Of a DNA stretch of 64,000 bases, positions 1 through 13,533 are shown piece by piece (the stretch's first letter is position 1; each line of letters starts with the position of its first letter). A model generated the notes under the pieces. That model was not told the origin of the DNA. It saw only the letters and a list, made by a program, of their open reading frames with translations, and did no database searches. Origin of the DNA: Tubiluchus corallicola (lineage: Eukaryota; Animalia; Priapulida); the NCBI GenBank assembly GCA_030141605.1, contig JAQGDQ010000065.1:434001-498000 (forward strand), given 5' to 3'. The position numbers were made by a program, and so were the translations under genes.

Positions 1-310
1 GGCAAATAAAGATTATATATAGACCACGTTTTTTGGCACTTTCAATGACGCATCGTACATAATCTAAACTCGGTGAATATGAACATCGTTATGAATTTGC
101 ATTTAGAAAGTAGCTGAATTTTCTTATTTTCGTTGTTGTTTTAAAATACTTCGCTGCTAACACTGCTTTTCAGCCTGTTTAGTTTATGGGATTTCAAACA
201 TCAGTTTAGAGCTACTAGTAATTTCTTTGTTTGGTTGATAATCACTGTATAACTTTTAATTTGCAAAGCTTTAATTCCCTTTTGTTTAAAAGCTGTGTGT
301 TTTTAGGCAT
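1..310 (+). repeat. Direct repeat, identical to 2955-3264 (period 2954 bp)
   Basis: Base-by-base match from ggcaaataaagattat to ttttaggcat; the two copies diverge immediately after. Confidence 0.95.
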
Positions 311-2975
311 AGAAAACATACACAGCGCTCTTAAAACAATATAATGTCCACATACTTAATAACAATAAACCTACTCGAATTTCTAAAACATCAGCCACAG
401 TAATCGACCATTTCATTTCGAATAGTGACAATAAATTCGTAGCATATGATACTTTCCCGTGTGATTGTTCAGATCATTATTTCACAATAGTAGATAAAAT
501 GTCCCCACAGCATAACTATAGCCAAAATTCAGTCTGGCATTTAATGAGAGACTACGCCCAATACAGTAAACATTCATACTTAATCGACTTAGCTAAAATG
601 AACTGGGCCTCTATATATATATATGACTGATAAAATAGATACACACGTAAATATTCTGATTAATGATGTCGAATATTACCTTAATGTACATGCACCATAT
701 AAAAACGTAAAACAACTACCAAAGCAAAGCAAACTCAATAACGAAAGTACCTGGACAACACTTGAAGTTGACAAACTAAGAATAACGAAAAACAGAATGT
801 ATAATATATGGGAAAAGAACAAAACTAAAAACAATCATAACAATTATAAAACAAGAGAAATCAGTTTAATAATCTTAATAAATGCTTGAGAAATAAACAT
901 ATAAAACAACAATGTAAAAACGCAACAAAAACTAAAGAAAAGTGGAAAATTATTAACAATGTAGTAAATAGTTGCCGTAACACTAACTAACGCGGATTGA
1001 CGAAATTAAATTTTCGCGGACACTGTTATTACAAAGTCCAAAGATATTGCCTACGCGCTAAATACAACATTCTTGAATCTTGGAATTTTAATGGAGTGGC
1101 TTCTCAAATTAGCAATAATATCATTAACAAATTTAAAAACAAATCGACTAACACAGTTTCTCATTCACAAGCGTCACAGTAGGAGAAATTATGGACATAT
1201 TAAATAACCTAAATTTTAACAAAGGGAGTGGACCATCAAATATTCCTATCAAAATTCTAAATGACAGTGCATCTGTAATAGCCCTGCATATCACTTACAT
1301 TGATAATCAGATAGTTATGAGAGGCGAATTTCCAACTGTATGTAAAATGGCAAACGTGACTCCAATCCACAAAAAAGATCCAAAATGGGACCCCATGAAT
1401 TATCGCCCAATTTCCGCAAAATATGTTGTTTTGGCAAAGGATTATTTATGATCAGATAAATTCATACGTAAATAAACATGAACTTTTATCAAAACATCAG
1501 TTTTGGCTTCCGTAAACACCATTCAATCATTGACCCCCTAATACACACTACAGAAAATTGGAGACATAGCCTAGGCAACAAGCAATACATTTTAGTGGCA
1601 TTTTTGGATTTAAGTAAAGCATTCGGTAGCATTAATCACGAACTACTTTTCGATAAATGGGATTTGATTCGATATCGTTAAAACTGATAGAAAATTATCT
1701 CAAAGATAGACAAGAACGAGTAAGGTTAGATACAAGCAATTTTTCTGACTAAGCCATGTTAAAGAGAGGAACACTACTAGGTCCGTTATTATTTTGCCTA
1801 TATATAAACAACATATCCAGTGTATTACAACACTCACAAATTACACAATACGCTGATGACGCTACAATTTACTTAGCCCACGAAAATATCCAAACTGCAA
1901 AAAATTATTTAGAAAAAGATATAAAAATATAAATATGGCATTTAGTCACTACAAGCTAAAAATGAATAACGATAAAACAGAATTCATGATACTGTCACCC
2001 CCATTAAATACTAACGATGCGTCATCAACCACTTTGACAATAGATAATGCTGTAATCAAACAAACTAATAATGTTAAATTTCTGGGCATACAGGTAGACA
2101 ATAATCTTTCATGGGATGAACACTTTAATAACATATACACAAATTTAGCATCTAGCACATCATATCTCCGACAAGTTAAAGGACAACTAACAAAACAAAC
2201 TAAGACACTAATATATAAAACTTTAATTCTACTACACTTCTTATATGGATGTGCGCTACTTCAAAATCCAAAAGAGAAAATTACTTAATAATAAATCTCT
2301 TTCAGAACTATGCATTGAGATTGATAGCTGGGTACTCGTACAAACGTAAGATAGGTAGACAAAAATTCAAAGCTTCAACAACTAACAAGAAAGACTTTAA
2401 AATTTCCAGTTATTGAAGCACACAAAGAATATTTTACTCTGCTTTTTATATTTAAATACATTAACAACATCAGCAAACCATTCCAAAATAACAGATTTAC
2501 CTTTTTTCCAAATCCTATCGTTAATTCCAGAACAAGCAATCTAAAACAAATTAGGACAAATACTTACTATGGAACGAACTCTGTAATCAAACAAGCAATT
2601 TTACTTTGGAATTCTCTACCATTACAGGTTAAACAAATCAAGTCCCTATCAGCATTTAAAACAAAATTAAAATCACTAATATTAACCAGATATGAAATGC
2701 CATCACACCAGTACGACAACATACACACTAATTCAGAATTTATATATCCACGGCCATATTAATTAAATTATAATTTTTAATATTTTTGTGAATAGTTGTA
2801 AATACGTTCTATTTTCATTCGTCGTTACTTTCCATTACTGCACAGTAGTTTAGCTTGCACTGACGCATTTGCCTTTAGCAAATGTTTTTATTAACTAACA
2901 CTGATTGATCGTCTCGGTAAATTTTTCATTCAGTGATTATCAGTGTATATTAATGGCAAATAAAGATTATATATA
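311..2975 (+). mobile_element. 5'-truncated, decayed CR1/L2-group LINE (end of APE, RT, 3' UTR); family A
   Basis: NKPTRISKTSATVIDHF, VTPIHKK...NYRPIS, GFRKHHS, FLDLSKAF, YADD (1849-60), VKFLGIQVDNNLSW; many stops and frameshifts; AATAAA+(TA) tail ~2959-2975. Confidence 0.9.
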
Positions 2976-4103
2976 GACCACGTTTTTTGGCACTTTCAAT
3001 GACGCATCGTACATAATCTAAACTCGGTGAATATGAACATCGTTATGAATTTGCATTTAGAAAGTAGCTGAATTTTCTTATTTTCGTTGTTGTTTTAAAA
3101 TACTTCGCTGCTAACACTGCTTTTCAGCCTGTTTAGTTTATGGGATTTCAAACATCAGTTTAGAGCTACTAGTAATTTCTTTGTTTGGTTGATAATCACT
3201 GTATAACTTTTAATTTGCAAAGCTTTAATTCCCTTTTGTTTAAAAGCTGTGTGTTTTTAGGCATTTACGATAGAAGGAAAATAGCTACATTCGTGTTTCT
3301 GAGTACTCTCTGAGTTTCTGAGAACTGCATATAGCTTATACCTGTGTTCATATCACACGCAGGTTGTTGCGTCGGCATTACCACCTTGGCTGTTACGCTT
3401 TTACCAACTTGAGGCAACGTGATTAATAAACCGTTAATGTTATTTAGTATTTCTAGCTATCAATTATTATTGTCATTGTTATGAAAACTTGTACAAGTTT
3501 ATTTTAATTTGATTACAGTTATCTTTTTTATTCGTATAATCACATAATCACATAATCACTTTCATTTAGAGGCATTAAGTAGCTCTGAAACTTGCGACAT
3601 TTGTGTAACGTGTAGTTTATTCCCACAAAAACTATGTAACTGTTCAGGCTATCCAGTGCTGCGTCATTTAGGTAGCTGTGCTTGTAAACATTTTTTAATA
3701 AAAGTGTGCTAGGTGTTACTGTTTTAAATTTAGTGACATTGTTAATCTGGCTGAATCAGACCTCGGATAACTCACACCGACCTCCTTATATATGCTTGGC
3801 CGGGGTGGTCAGGGGGGGGGGATTATGAACCGAACAGGTGACTGTGCATTACATTTATTCATAGGCACCAGGCCAGTCAACCTGCAGGTAATGTTATGAT
3901 CTCCACCTTAAACTAGGAAGCCCATAATGTTGCCTGCAATTGGTTGAGCAGTAGTTTCCTGTAGAAAAAACTATCATCTGACATCGTCAGTTGTCTGTGT
4001 TCTGTCATCCTTCTCCTGTCTGCCTGCCAAGTGTCGTTTTAGTCCTTTCAGATTTGAAGCATTGTCGTCAGGTTTTGTTTTTTGTTGTTCTTCTCAGTCA
4101 TCC
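2976..4103. repeat. LTR-like interspersed repeat, main part (continues at 10770-10877; inverted homolog at 23109-24410)
   Basis: Colinear reverse-complement similarity to 23236-24407, e.g. aactaggaagcccataa, tcataggcaccaggcca, cagcctgtttagtttatgg. Confidence 0.8.
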
Positions 4104-4300
4104 AGTCTCAGTCATCAATTCATTACAATTCATTTCAATTCAATTCAACTTTAATTTCTCAATAGCAGTTAAAATTCGACATAATTATTTTTACACTTCA
4201 CTGTAACTGAGAAGGAGCAGCGAAAGACCTATTGGTCACTTGACCAGCTGCCCCTTATTAAAAATACAAGTTTACTTACAGGCGCATGACATTTTTAGGT

Positions 4301-4346
<46 letters not shown>

Positions 4347-4559
4347 GTATTAAAAATAAATTTGGTATTAAATTAAGTACTAAGTAGCAGAAATGTACAT
4401 TTAATCTAGTAAAATTTTTAAAGGCTGCAAAAATAGTAAGCGAGAATTTCTTGAGAAATGAATCCGAGGTTACATTTTGAATAATAATAATAGTTATACT
4501 ATATGCATAAATTTATGGAAAACAGAAACAGTAATGTCAAGATGCAATACAAAAAGTCA

Positions 4560-5166
4560 ATAAATACATCTCATATCAAATGAAAGCAAAAAAACTAAAC
4601 AAAATTCTTCAAGGCAAGCAAAAATTATTAAATCATAAAAGGATTATATCAAGCAAAACGTAACTCAAGGTAAAAAGAAATTATCACAAGCCAAGCAAAA
4701 ACGGAACTCATCTTAAAGCAAAAAATTATATCAAGCAAAAGCAACAAAAATCAATTCAAAGCAGAAATGCAATTCAAAGCACAGCATCAAGCAAAAAATT
4801 AAAGGAATTCAATGTAGAGCAAAAAATAATATCAAACAAAAGCAACAAAAATCTACTCAAAGCAAAAACGAATTCGACTCAGAATAAAAGAAAGTTATCA
4901 CAAGCAATGCAAAACGGAATTTAACTTATAGCACAAAATTATATCAAACAAAATCAAACTCAAAGCGAAAATTTTATAAAGCAAATGCAATTTAACTGAA
5001 AGTAAAAGGAAATTATCACAAGCAAAGCAAAACAGAATTCAACCTAGGACAAAAATTATATCACACAAGAGCAACAAAAATCAAACTCAAGAGCAAAAAC
5101 AAAATTCAGTTTAGATCAAAACATATATCAAGCAACAGTAACAAAAATCAGCGCAAGGCGAAATAT
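4560..5166. repeat. Degenerate A-rich (AAGCAAAA-type) tandem repeat within the LINE 3' UTR
   Basis: Recurrent ttatatcaagcaaaa / ttatcacaagcaa / aactcaaagc units. Confidence 0.7.
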
Positions 5167-6442
5167 TGTCCGCCTTTTTCGCAAACAACTTATTAATTAA
5201 TTGATTAATTAATTGAATGATTCATCCACACGCTTAAAGACAGTTAATTGTATAACTGATTAACTGCCCGACTCCCAGAGCTTTGGTCAGGTCGATAGGG
5301 CTATGATGATTTCCCGCACGACCTAAGCCGCGAAATATGCGTTGTGAGAATATGTCTTTATCGCTCGAGTTATCAAGCTGGCTTCCGCAGTAAGCCTTTC
5401 AGTGTGAATATACCAAGTTCGTATAAGCAGATATTTAACGAGAATGTTCTTTAGTAACTTCTTGAATAGCAAAGCAACTCAACAATCATTTAAAGTGATG
5501 AAAGTTTTATTTTGACAAGTTCCACAATTTAATCAAAAGCTAAGAGGTCACTTTAACAAATCTTTAACTTATGCGCTTGTAGGCGCTTACAACTAAAGCG
5601 GTTTATTCAGAATGATAATCCGATTAACGATTAAGCAACAAATTGCTCGCACTTATGGTGCCAAAGTTACAGTAACAAAGAAATAATAGTAAAGTCACTT
5701 AACTTGTGGCCTGGCCAACCTAACAACTGTAATTGGCCATATCCAGACTCCTAAACGAGACTCTTAGCATCAGAGGTTTGCTTTTACAAACGAAGCAGAA
5801 TTCTTCCACGCTGAGCTAAAGATTGTGACTTCTTTCCAAAGATCGTCTCGTAGTTCCACGAAAGCTCTGCTCTCCTCGCAATCCCAGCAACAACTCTCTT
5901 CCCAGAGCTCGTACATACGTTTTTGAATCGATGGTCACTTCACATGACATTCGTCAGTGACACGTTACAGAGCTCCCTTGGCTGCCCATCCAAAGATGGT
6001 ACCTGTGATTTTGATGATACCCGAGGTCACCGAGGACAGCAATTTATTGTCTCAGACCTTAGAGCATAGCTGGAGACACTGGACTAATTATCAATTGGTG
6101 ACAATCACCTGTTTTGAACAATAAGCTATTCTGACCAGCGGTCAGTCAAACTAGGAAATTGCGTCTCTCCGTACCACTGTGTCTCGAACTTACTGGGCTA
6201 ATGATAATAGAGTTCATTTAGGCTATTCTGCATTTATTTAACATTTCAATATTTTACAATTTACCAACCTCTGATACTTTAACTCATTAAATTCAAGATA
6301 CAAGCTGAGTGAGTCACTTGTGATCAAATCGCATAAACTTTATTATCTAATCTATTAAGATTAATCTAGTTCCAAACTCTTATCAATTAATTCTCTAATT
6401 AATTTTTTAATTAATTCCTTATTTCAAAATAAATTCACAACA
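5167..6442. mobile_element. Possible solo LTR inserted in the LINE 3' UTR
   Basis: Compositionally distinct non-coding block bounded by TG...CA that interrupts the A-rich repeat, which resumes after 6442; no clean TSD. Confidence 0.35.
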
Positions 6443-9400
6443 GAAACTCAAAAATCAAAACAGGGCTAGAACAACATGTATAATTTGGCTAGCAGAATTT
6501 GTGTGATGCAACATTCAATCCAAAGGCAAAGCAGGGTAGCAGAATATGTTCATGCAATGAATAAAACTTTCTGAATACTGGTACTTACAGTCCCAAAGAT
6601 TTTTACATGCCTTCAACAAAGACAATTCATTTAGGTTCACTTGATTTTTTGGATGTAATCGGTTTCTAAACAAATCGGTTTATAAAGTGACCAATTTATA
6701 AACACTGTACTGTGCAAAAAATACAATTTTAAACAATATTCATTATTTTATTTTCCAATTCAATTAAACTTAATTCCAGTATACTAAATGTACTTTTCAA
6801 TAAGTTGCTTTTTGTAATTTTACTTAGTTGTAATAAAGATGTGCAGGTGGTTATTGAAGTATCTAAGGCGTTCCAGAGTTTGATTCCATTCATTATGTTG
6901 GAGTGTGTTTACGCCAAATGATGTTTTATATCGGGGCTGGTAATAAAAACCACTTGTTGCTGCTCGAGTTTCAAAAGTGTGAATATCGCTAACCTTTTGG
7001 AAATAATTTGTTTTTGAATAACATTTAGTTTTCGAGTAATTTACAGATAACTTATTGGCTTTCTACCAAATTAAAATGTTTTCGAATTCTTCGTTCGTTC
7101 GTTGTTGGAAGCGATTTATGTCTGAAGCAGCAAGGAATAGGTTTAGTCGGCGAAGAGGCGTGTATTGAAATTGGAAACAAGCGGCATATTGTTCATGTAT
7201 ATAAGAAACAAAAGTGGTCCTAATGCTGAGCCTATTCCACAGTTTATCTTGAGTAAATTAGAAGCATTGTTTTGTACAACTGTATATTGTTGTCTGTTTG
7301 TTAGATAATTTGTTAATAGTTTTAATGTGTTACCTCGTATGCCACAGTGATTAAGTTTATGTAAGATTATATCATGGGAGACCGAGTCAAAAGCTTTAGA
7401 TAAGTCTGGAAAAATTCCACATGTATACGTTCGATTATCTAAATTCTTAAGCATGTTTTCGATGAGTTCTGCTGTAGCTGGAGTGGTTGAATGGTTTTTT
7501 CGGAATCCAAATTGGCATTTTGTGAGTGCACTGCAAGAATTTAGGAAATTGATGAGGCGGTTGTATATAATAATTCCATAGATCTTAGATATAGCAGACA
7601 GTATAGAAATTGGACGATAATTTGTCGGTTTTTCAGGTGAGTCTGCTTTAAATATAGGTGTCACTTTAGCTATTTTGAAAGTCGGGAAAGACTCCTTGTG
7701 TAACTGATAGGGTGAAAAGCTGGGTTAAAACAGGGGCAATTTTATTAGCAGCAAGCTTATAGTATTTAATAGGTATGTTTTCGTGACCATTAGATTTTGA
7801 TTCATTGAGTTTATTAATTTCGGCTTTTATTTCAGTTTGTGTCACTGGGTAGAAAAATATTGTTTTTTCATTTCTGTTTGTTAGATATGAGTCAAAACTA
7901 ACTGGTGATGGCGTATTTTTTTGGCCATATTTTCGCCAATAGATTGGAAAAAGTTGTTAAAAGCATTTGCAATTTCCATTTTATCTGTTAATGTGCGGCC
8001 AATGTATTTGAGTTTATCAGGTGCAGATTGAATTTTGTTATTTTTACCCAGTATGTTATTAACATTCATTCATGCCTTTTTTATATTGTTGTTGTGTAGT
8101 GTAAATAAGTTTTCATAAAAATTTTGCTTAGTAATATTTTTCAGATGATTCAGCCTATTTGAGTATACTTTATACACCTTTCTGTCATATTCCAAAGGTG
8201 ATATTTTATGTGTTTTGTACATTTTGCTTCGTTTTCGAATTGAAGTTGATAACCCTGGAGTAATCCAAGGTTTGTTAAATGTTATGCTTTCCTTTCTTGA
8301 TAAAGTCCTTAAAGGGGCATGGATATTTAGGACATTGGGAAAGTTTTCGAAGAAATTTGTAAAAGCATCATTAGTATCGGTGATATTAACTATGTTTAGT
8401 ATCAATTCTTCAAGATTTTGTGAAAATGACTCCGTATTGAAATTATTTTTATTTCGTACAGTTATTTTAGTTTTAGTTTTGACTAGAACTGACGTGAGCA
8501 GATTCTACAATTATAAATACAGGCAAGTGATCAGCTAACTTCACTAAAAGTATCATACCAGATACTATGTGGTTCTGATATGAGTTTGTATAAAAATGGT
8601 TTACAAGTATTTGTGAAGTATGATTAATTCTGGTCGGATATGTTATTAAGGGTGTATAGCGATTTGTAAATAGCATGTTAAGATAATCATTTACTTGCGA
8701 TTTTTGTTCGTACTGTAGTAGGTTTATATTTGTGTCACCGCAGATATATGCGGTCCTTCCAGATCTGTTTATTTTAGATAAGACTCTTTCAGCCTCTTCC
8801 CGAAAGTGCTGTAGTGAAGTGTTTGCGTGTCTGTATATGACCCCAAAAACGACTGGTTTGCAGTTATTTGCTGTTTTTAATTCTAGCCAAAGTTGCTCTA
8901 CCTGTATTCTACTGGTCAAATTATTTTGTGTTTTTGTAACAGCTATTTGCTAGTCTGTGTCTACTAAAATTGAGATGTTTCGTTTTATATAGATTCCTAC
9001 CCCACCAGCATTTGTTTGTGAATTTACATTTAAAAATAAATAACCTGGTATATCACAAAGAAATGCTGTGTTGCTTTGTAGTTTTGTTTCAGATATGGCA
9101 ATGGCATTTGGTGGGTTATCCTCAAAATGTGCTAATATATCAAGCATGTTTGAGAAGTTTTTTGATAGAGTTCGGGTATTAAAATGTATAAAGAACATGT
9201 CATTTTTATTTACAACTAAATTAGAGTTTTTTCAAAGCAGCGAGCTTGTAGTATTTGCACATATTGAAGTTTGTGTAATGATCTGGATCCTGTTCATCGT
9301 GTTTATTTGGGGTGAAAAGTGATGATAACTTTTTCAAAATATTGCTCATTTGGTTTGAACTGAAAATATCTATTAACTCGCCATTTTTAGTACTTTGAAA

Positions 9401-10769
9401 GGGGAAGATTCTATTTATACATGGCTGACAATAAAAAGGAATGTCTGAATTAGGCAACTTTTGAAAGTCTTGCATTGTTATCATGGTGCATTTAAGATGA
9501 CATCATTTCCTACAAATTTCACATAACAGGGCATTCTGGTTAATTTTGCAAGCAAGCATACACCCAGTGCAGGGATATTGAATTACCATTTAATTTACAA
9601 CAATTTATATACACAGATGTAGGATATCTATATATAGCTGGGTTTTATCTAAAACATGTTTAAGTCATCTTCACTATTTATTGAGATAACAGGGTTGCTA
9701 TCATTTACTCTCATTTTGATTTTTCCATTTACGGTCCATAAATACTTTATGCTCTTATTTTGTTTTACGTTTCGACATTGAAACAACAGTTTTCTCTTCA
9801 TTTGCATTAGAGATTCATTAATATAGATTTTACTACTGTTATATTTAGCTACGGTAGGCGTATCAGCATTACCTGCATGTCTTCGTTTTGCATAAAATTG
9901 GTTTCTTACATCTCTTCTTGTAAATTTCACCATGATCTTGGGACACATTCCCTTCTTTGGTGGTGGTAACTGGTGAGACAGCTTATATCATTTACAGTCA
10001 AGTTAATATCTGTGGGTGGTGGTAGTTTACTCCTTTCTTGGTGCTCAAGATGATTCGCATCCATGGTTGCAGCCAAACTTAGAACTGTGTCTTCTCCTTC
10101 GATAATAAGGATGCCTGTTATTTCCAGACAGTTCTTTTCTCGTATACATTTTTAATTCATCCAGTTCCTCATCTTTCTCTTTGTTGTCCTTTTCCGGTTT
10201 TTTATTGTTGCTGCCATGGCTTTGTTGTCAATTTTCAGCTCTTTTATTTCAGCCAATGCCTTTGCTAGGTCACTTTTCATTCCGAGATGAAGTTCTGTGA
10301 ATCTTTGATTTTTGATGTTTGAGACTCAATTTTGGTGACCTTTCTCACAAGTGAATTGAGCTCTTGTTGTATACTGTTTAACATTGAAGACAAACTGTGA
10401 TTAGTCTCTTCTTCATCGCTAGAACTTGCTTCGCGCTCATCTGTTGCATATCTCTGTTGTATGGTAGGTTTTGGCGTTACATTGTAATCACTAGCTGAGT
10501 TCTTTGCACTAGATTTTAAATTACGTTTCTTTGGTTTTCTTGACGACATGAGTGGTCTCACTATGATTTTATTATAAGTTTTCCAGTCGAAATTTCGTCA
10601 GTTTCACTTCAACATCAATTTCGCTAATATAATCCTATTTAATTCTCCTCGTTATATTAATTTCCTTGTGAAATAAACAAGTTTTTCGATAATTTTCTTT
10701 CGGAGCAAATTTTGAACATTCCTCCATTATACGTGGCGCCATCTCATTCAATGTCTAACACCTTTACTG

Positions 10770-10877
10770 TCTAAGCTTTGGTTTCGTTTTTTCTTTCTTC
10801 AATTTTCTTGGCTGTCCGTTATGTAGTCTGCATCACCGATGGCTGAAAAGCAATTTATCGGGTCGCACCTCGAAATA
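10770..10877. repeat. Terminal part of the LTR-like repeat displaced by the LINE insertion
   Basis: tgtccgttatg...gcatcaccgat...cgggtcgcacctcg matches the reverse complement of 23109-23230. Confidence 0.75.
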
Positions 10878-11239
10878 ATATTTTACTTTTGGACAAATAT
10901 GTAGCTCTTAATGCGATCTTTATGATGCAGTTTGCCTACTGTGTAGAGTGTATTACAATTAGGATTACGTCCATTATCAGGGCTAAATTAAAATAATTAA
11001 GGAGAGGCTTGGTGGACCATCTATCTTAGATGGTCCGCCACTTCAGAAATGTGTCATTTCATTCTTCTGGAAGGCCTGGTCAAGTGCGCTTTTGTCATTA
11101 GATTCGTATAGTGAATAATGCATATCTATCGATTTTTTCATCAATGCTTACTTCATTATCGCATTATACTACACTGTTATACCATTAGTTAGAACACATA
11201 CTTATCACGCCAGGTTTGTCTGTATGCTGCATTTTGGGA

Positions 11240-11337
11240 GGAAGTGACGTTCGTCACGTGCTCTGCTTAAAGCAGTAAGATGCATTCAATGCTTGTACGA
11301 CCTGCCGAAGGAGAAGTTTGCTACCAGAATCGTAAGC
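11240..11337 (+). promoter_or_regulatory. Candidate K2P promoter and non-coding first exon
   Basis: GGAAGTGACGT (ETS+CRE half site) 11240-50, GTCACGTG E-box 11253-60, donor-like C|GTAAGC at 11332; acceptor cttctttcag|G at 13295 upstream of the ATG. Confidence 0.35.
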
Positions 11338-13533
11338 ATCGTTCTTAACTCGTGTTTAATTTGTGCGCTGAGCTTTCGGAGGAAATAAAGTTTACATGAC
11401 TTTCGTGTTATTTTTAATAGTGCTTTGTCGGTTCTATTACAGTGTACTTAAGGCGGATATAATTATGGAAATTAAAGTGCTTTAAATTGTAACCCGGTTT
11501 ATACAGAGCACAGATTTTCATTTTTTTACTGTCTTAAAGAGATTTTAAAGGAAAGGCCAAGCTTTTGTATAAATTCAGACTCATTTCAATGTTCGCGAAA
11601 AATGTTAGAAGGATTTAGTAGTGATAAGCGCCTCGTGTAATTAGTAAAATCACTTTAAAACCGCAATCATTTCACGCCTGGGCGCTCCATTTTAAACGTA
11701 TTCTTTCACCACTGACGTCGTTCATCGATTGAAGAAAGCGGCGCACTGTCAATTTCCGTCACAAATTTTATGATAGCCAATTTTTACAAAAAAGATTTTT
11801 GCATTAATATTAAATAAGCTACAGAAGCTTGAAATAGCTTAAGGAGCGGGCGCTTACGGAAAAGTTACGACGCGTTTATCAAGAGTTACGAATCCACCAG
11901 TTACGTCATAATTTTCAAGTTAATGGCAGCTACCAACGTTCTTGAAATTTTTTATACTGTGATAGTATAAATTAACACTATTGCTTATTACTTTGCTTTA
12001 CACAGAGATTTTTGCTTTGAAAGTTTTTTGGAAATTTCTTTGTTATTTTTTCCTACTATAAGTGATAACAGTAAATTAAACATAATGTGCTAAACGACTT
12101 ATCTTTTCATTTAAGTGGCACCGTCTCTAAAGAATACGAAATGGAAAAAATTCCGTTGCTCTTCATATAGATTTTCGCTATTTTTCTAACCAACCATCAA
12201 TGGCGTTCAGTACATTCCGTTTTTTTTCTGAATTGTGGTGATAGACCAGAAGAAACAATGAACTGGGCAAGGCAATTTTAATTTTTTGTGCAGATTGGGT
12301 CTAATAAATAGTCCTTATTGTGGCTGTAGGGTAGTACAAAGTCACGAGCACTTGCTGTATGATTGTAATTAAACTGTATTATAGTAAAATGAAGATTTGT
12401 CAAATAGTTTTGCGACTTTCGAGTTTGGCGACTGCTACTTGTATATAAATAAAGTATCCGAACAGAAACCTTTCCATCCAGAAAGTTTGTGGTAAAATCC
12501 ATGCTTTGTATGAACCAGCGAGCGTTTAAATCACTCCTGAATCACTCAGGTCTTTAATTCTGTGTAAACTGTAGGATTAAAAAATTGTTTAAATAAATTG
12601 TTACTTACAACTGTTACAATACTGCAAAAGGCGGTGCCTGTACTTAAAAAATAGTTTTTCTTACGACGCTTTTTTTCATGGTGCACATTATCACACTTGA
12701 TATGCGAATGAACTAGAACAAGAAAACGCTATTCTAAAATGCCAGAAATTTATTGCAAACTGCATACGTTTACTGCGTTTGCGCAGAAATGTCGCTCATT
12801 AAACAGGTTCCAGAAGTTTGCATCTGATAATGAATACCACGACGTCATTAGCCAGTTTTCTGAATTACGATTTAATGACGGAAATTATGTGTATCGTGCT
12901 AGAAGAGCAGTTCACACAAATTCAGAAAAAGAGGAAAAAAGATATTTCGCTTAAATCATGCGACTTCTACGTTGACAAACTTTTGCGATAATGTTGACAT
13001 AATGTTAGTGTGGCGATTCCTGAAATTACGTCAAAAATAAGTACCTACTCATAGTTAGTTACAAGACACCTGGTTTGTTTAAAATGATGGCAATTTGCGA
13101 AGCATATATAAAGTGTAAACAAAAAAATATTCGCCAGAAGGTGAAAAATCATAATCAATGGATCGAGTTCGTTCACCGTCAAGTTTGGACCCTTCTGTAT
13201 AAATTTTTATATAATGTTATTGAATTTATCTTAAAGCTCGTTTTAAGAGTAGATTCTGATTTTCCGAGTTTCTTTTACTAGATGGCTTCTTTCAGGTTTA
13301 ACACGTGGAAGTAGTTAGAACTGCTGGTCACATATTATTACCCTATGGGCTTGGAGTAGTAGTGATTGATGGTTTGCTTGAAGCCTGTAAAACTTGTGGT
13401 TTCTCGTAGGGGAAGTGCAATGCTGAAAAGTTTACAACTTGCTCACAGCTGGTAGCGATGATTGCCCTCACTGCTGCTATGTGCGCTATTTCTGCAACTT
13501 TCTGAGAAAGACGACTGCTGTGGCGTGAAGACA

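Larger units (their letters stand above)
4117..10745 (-). mobile_element. Near full-length, decayed CR1/L2-group LINE (ORF1, PHD-APE-RT ORF2, long 3' UTR)
   Basis: 5' end AGATGGCGCC ~10745. ORF1 pieces 10561-9649 end KIYINESL...YLWTVNGKIKMR. ORF2 from ATG 9589 has PHD, APE (HFNTRTL, SETKL, GGVGIY, GDTNIN, YPTR, DHLPV) and RT (NYRPISIL, DLSKAFD, LFAD). 3' stem-loop 4212-4256 and (AATTG)-like tail 4117-4150. Confidence 0.9.

Noticed and set aside
11546-12130. TTAA-bounded Kolobok-like MITE (related sequence near 20200-20350; similar start at 63693)
   Set aside because: Termini too degenerate to define by eye.
13462-13533. Signal-peptide-like N-terminal extension of the K2P ORF
   Set aside because: It depends on a TTG start; the first ATG is 13534 and K2P channels lack cleaved signal peptides.
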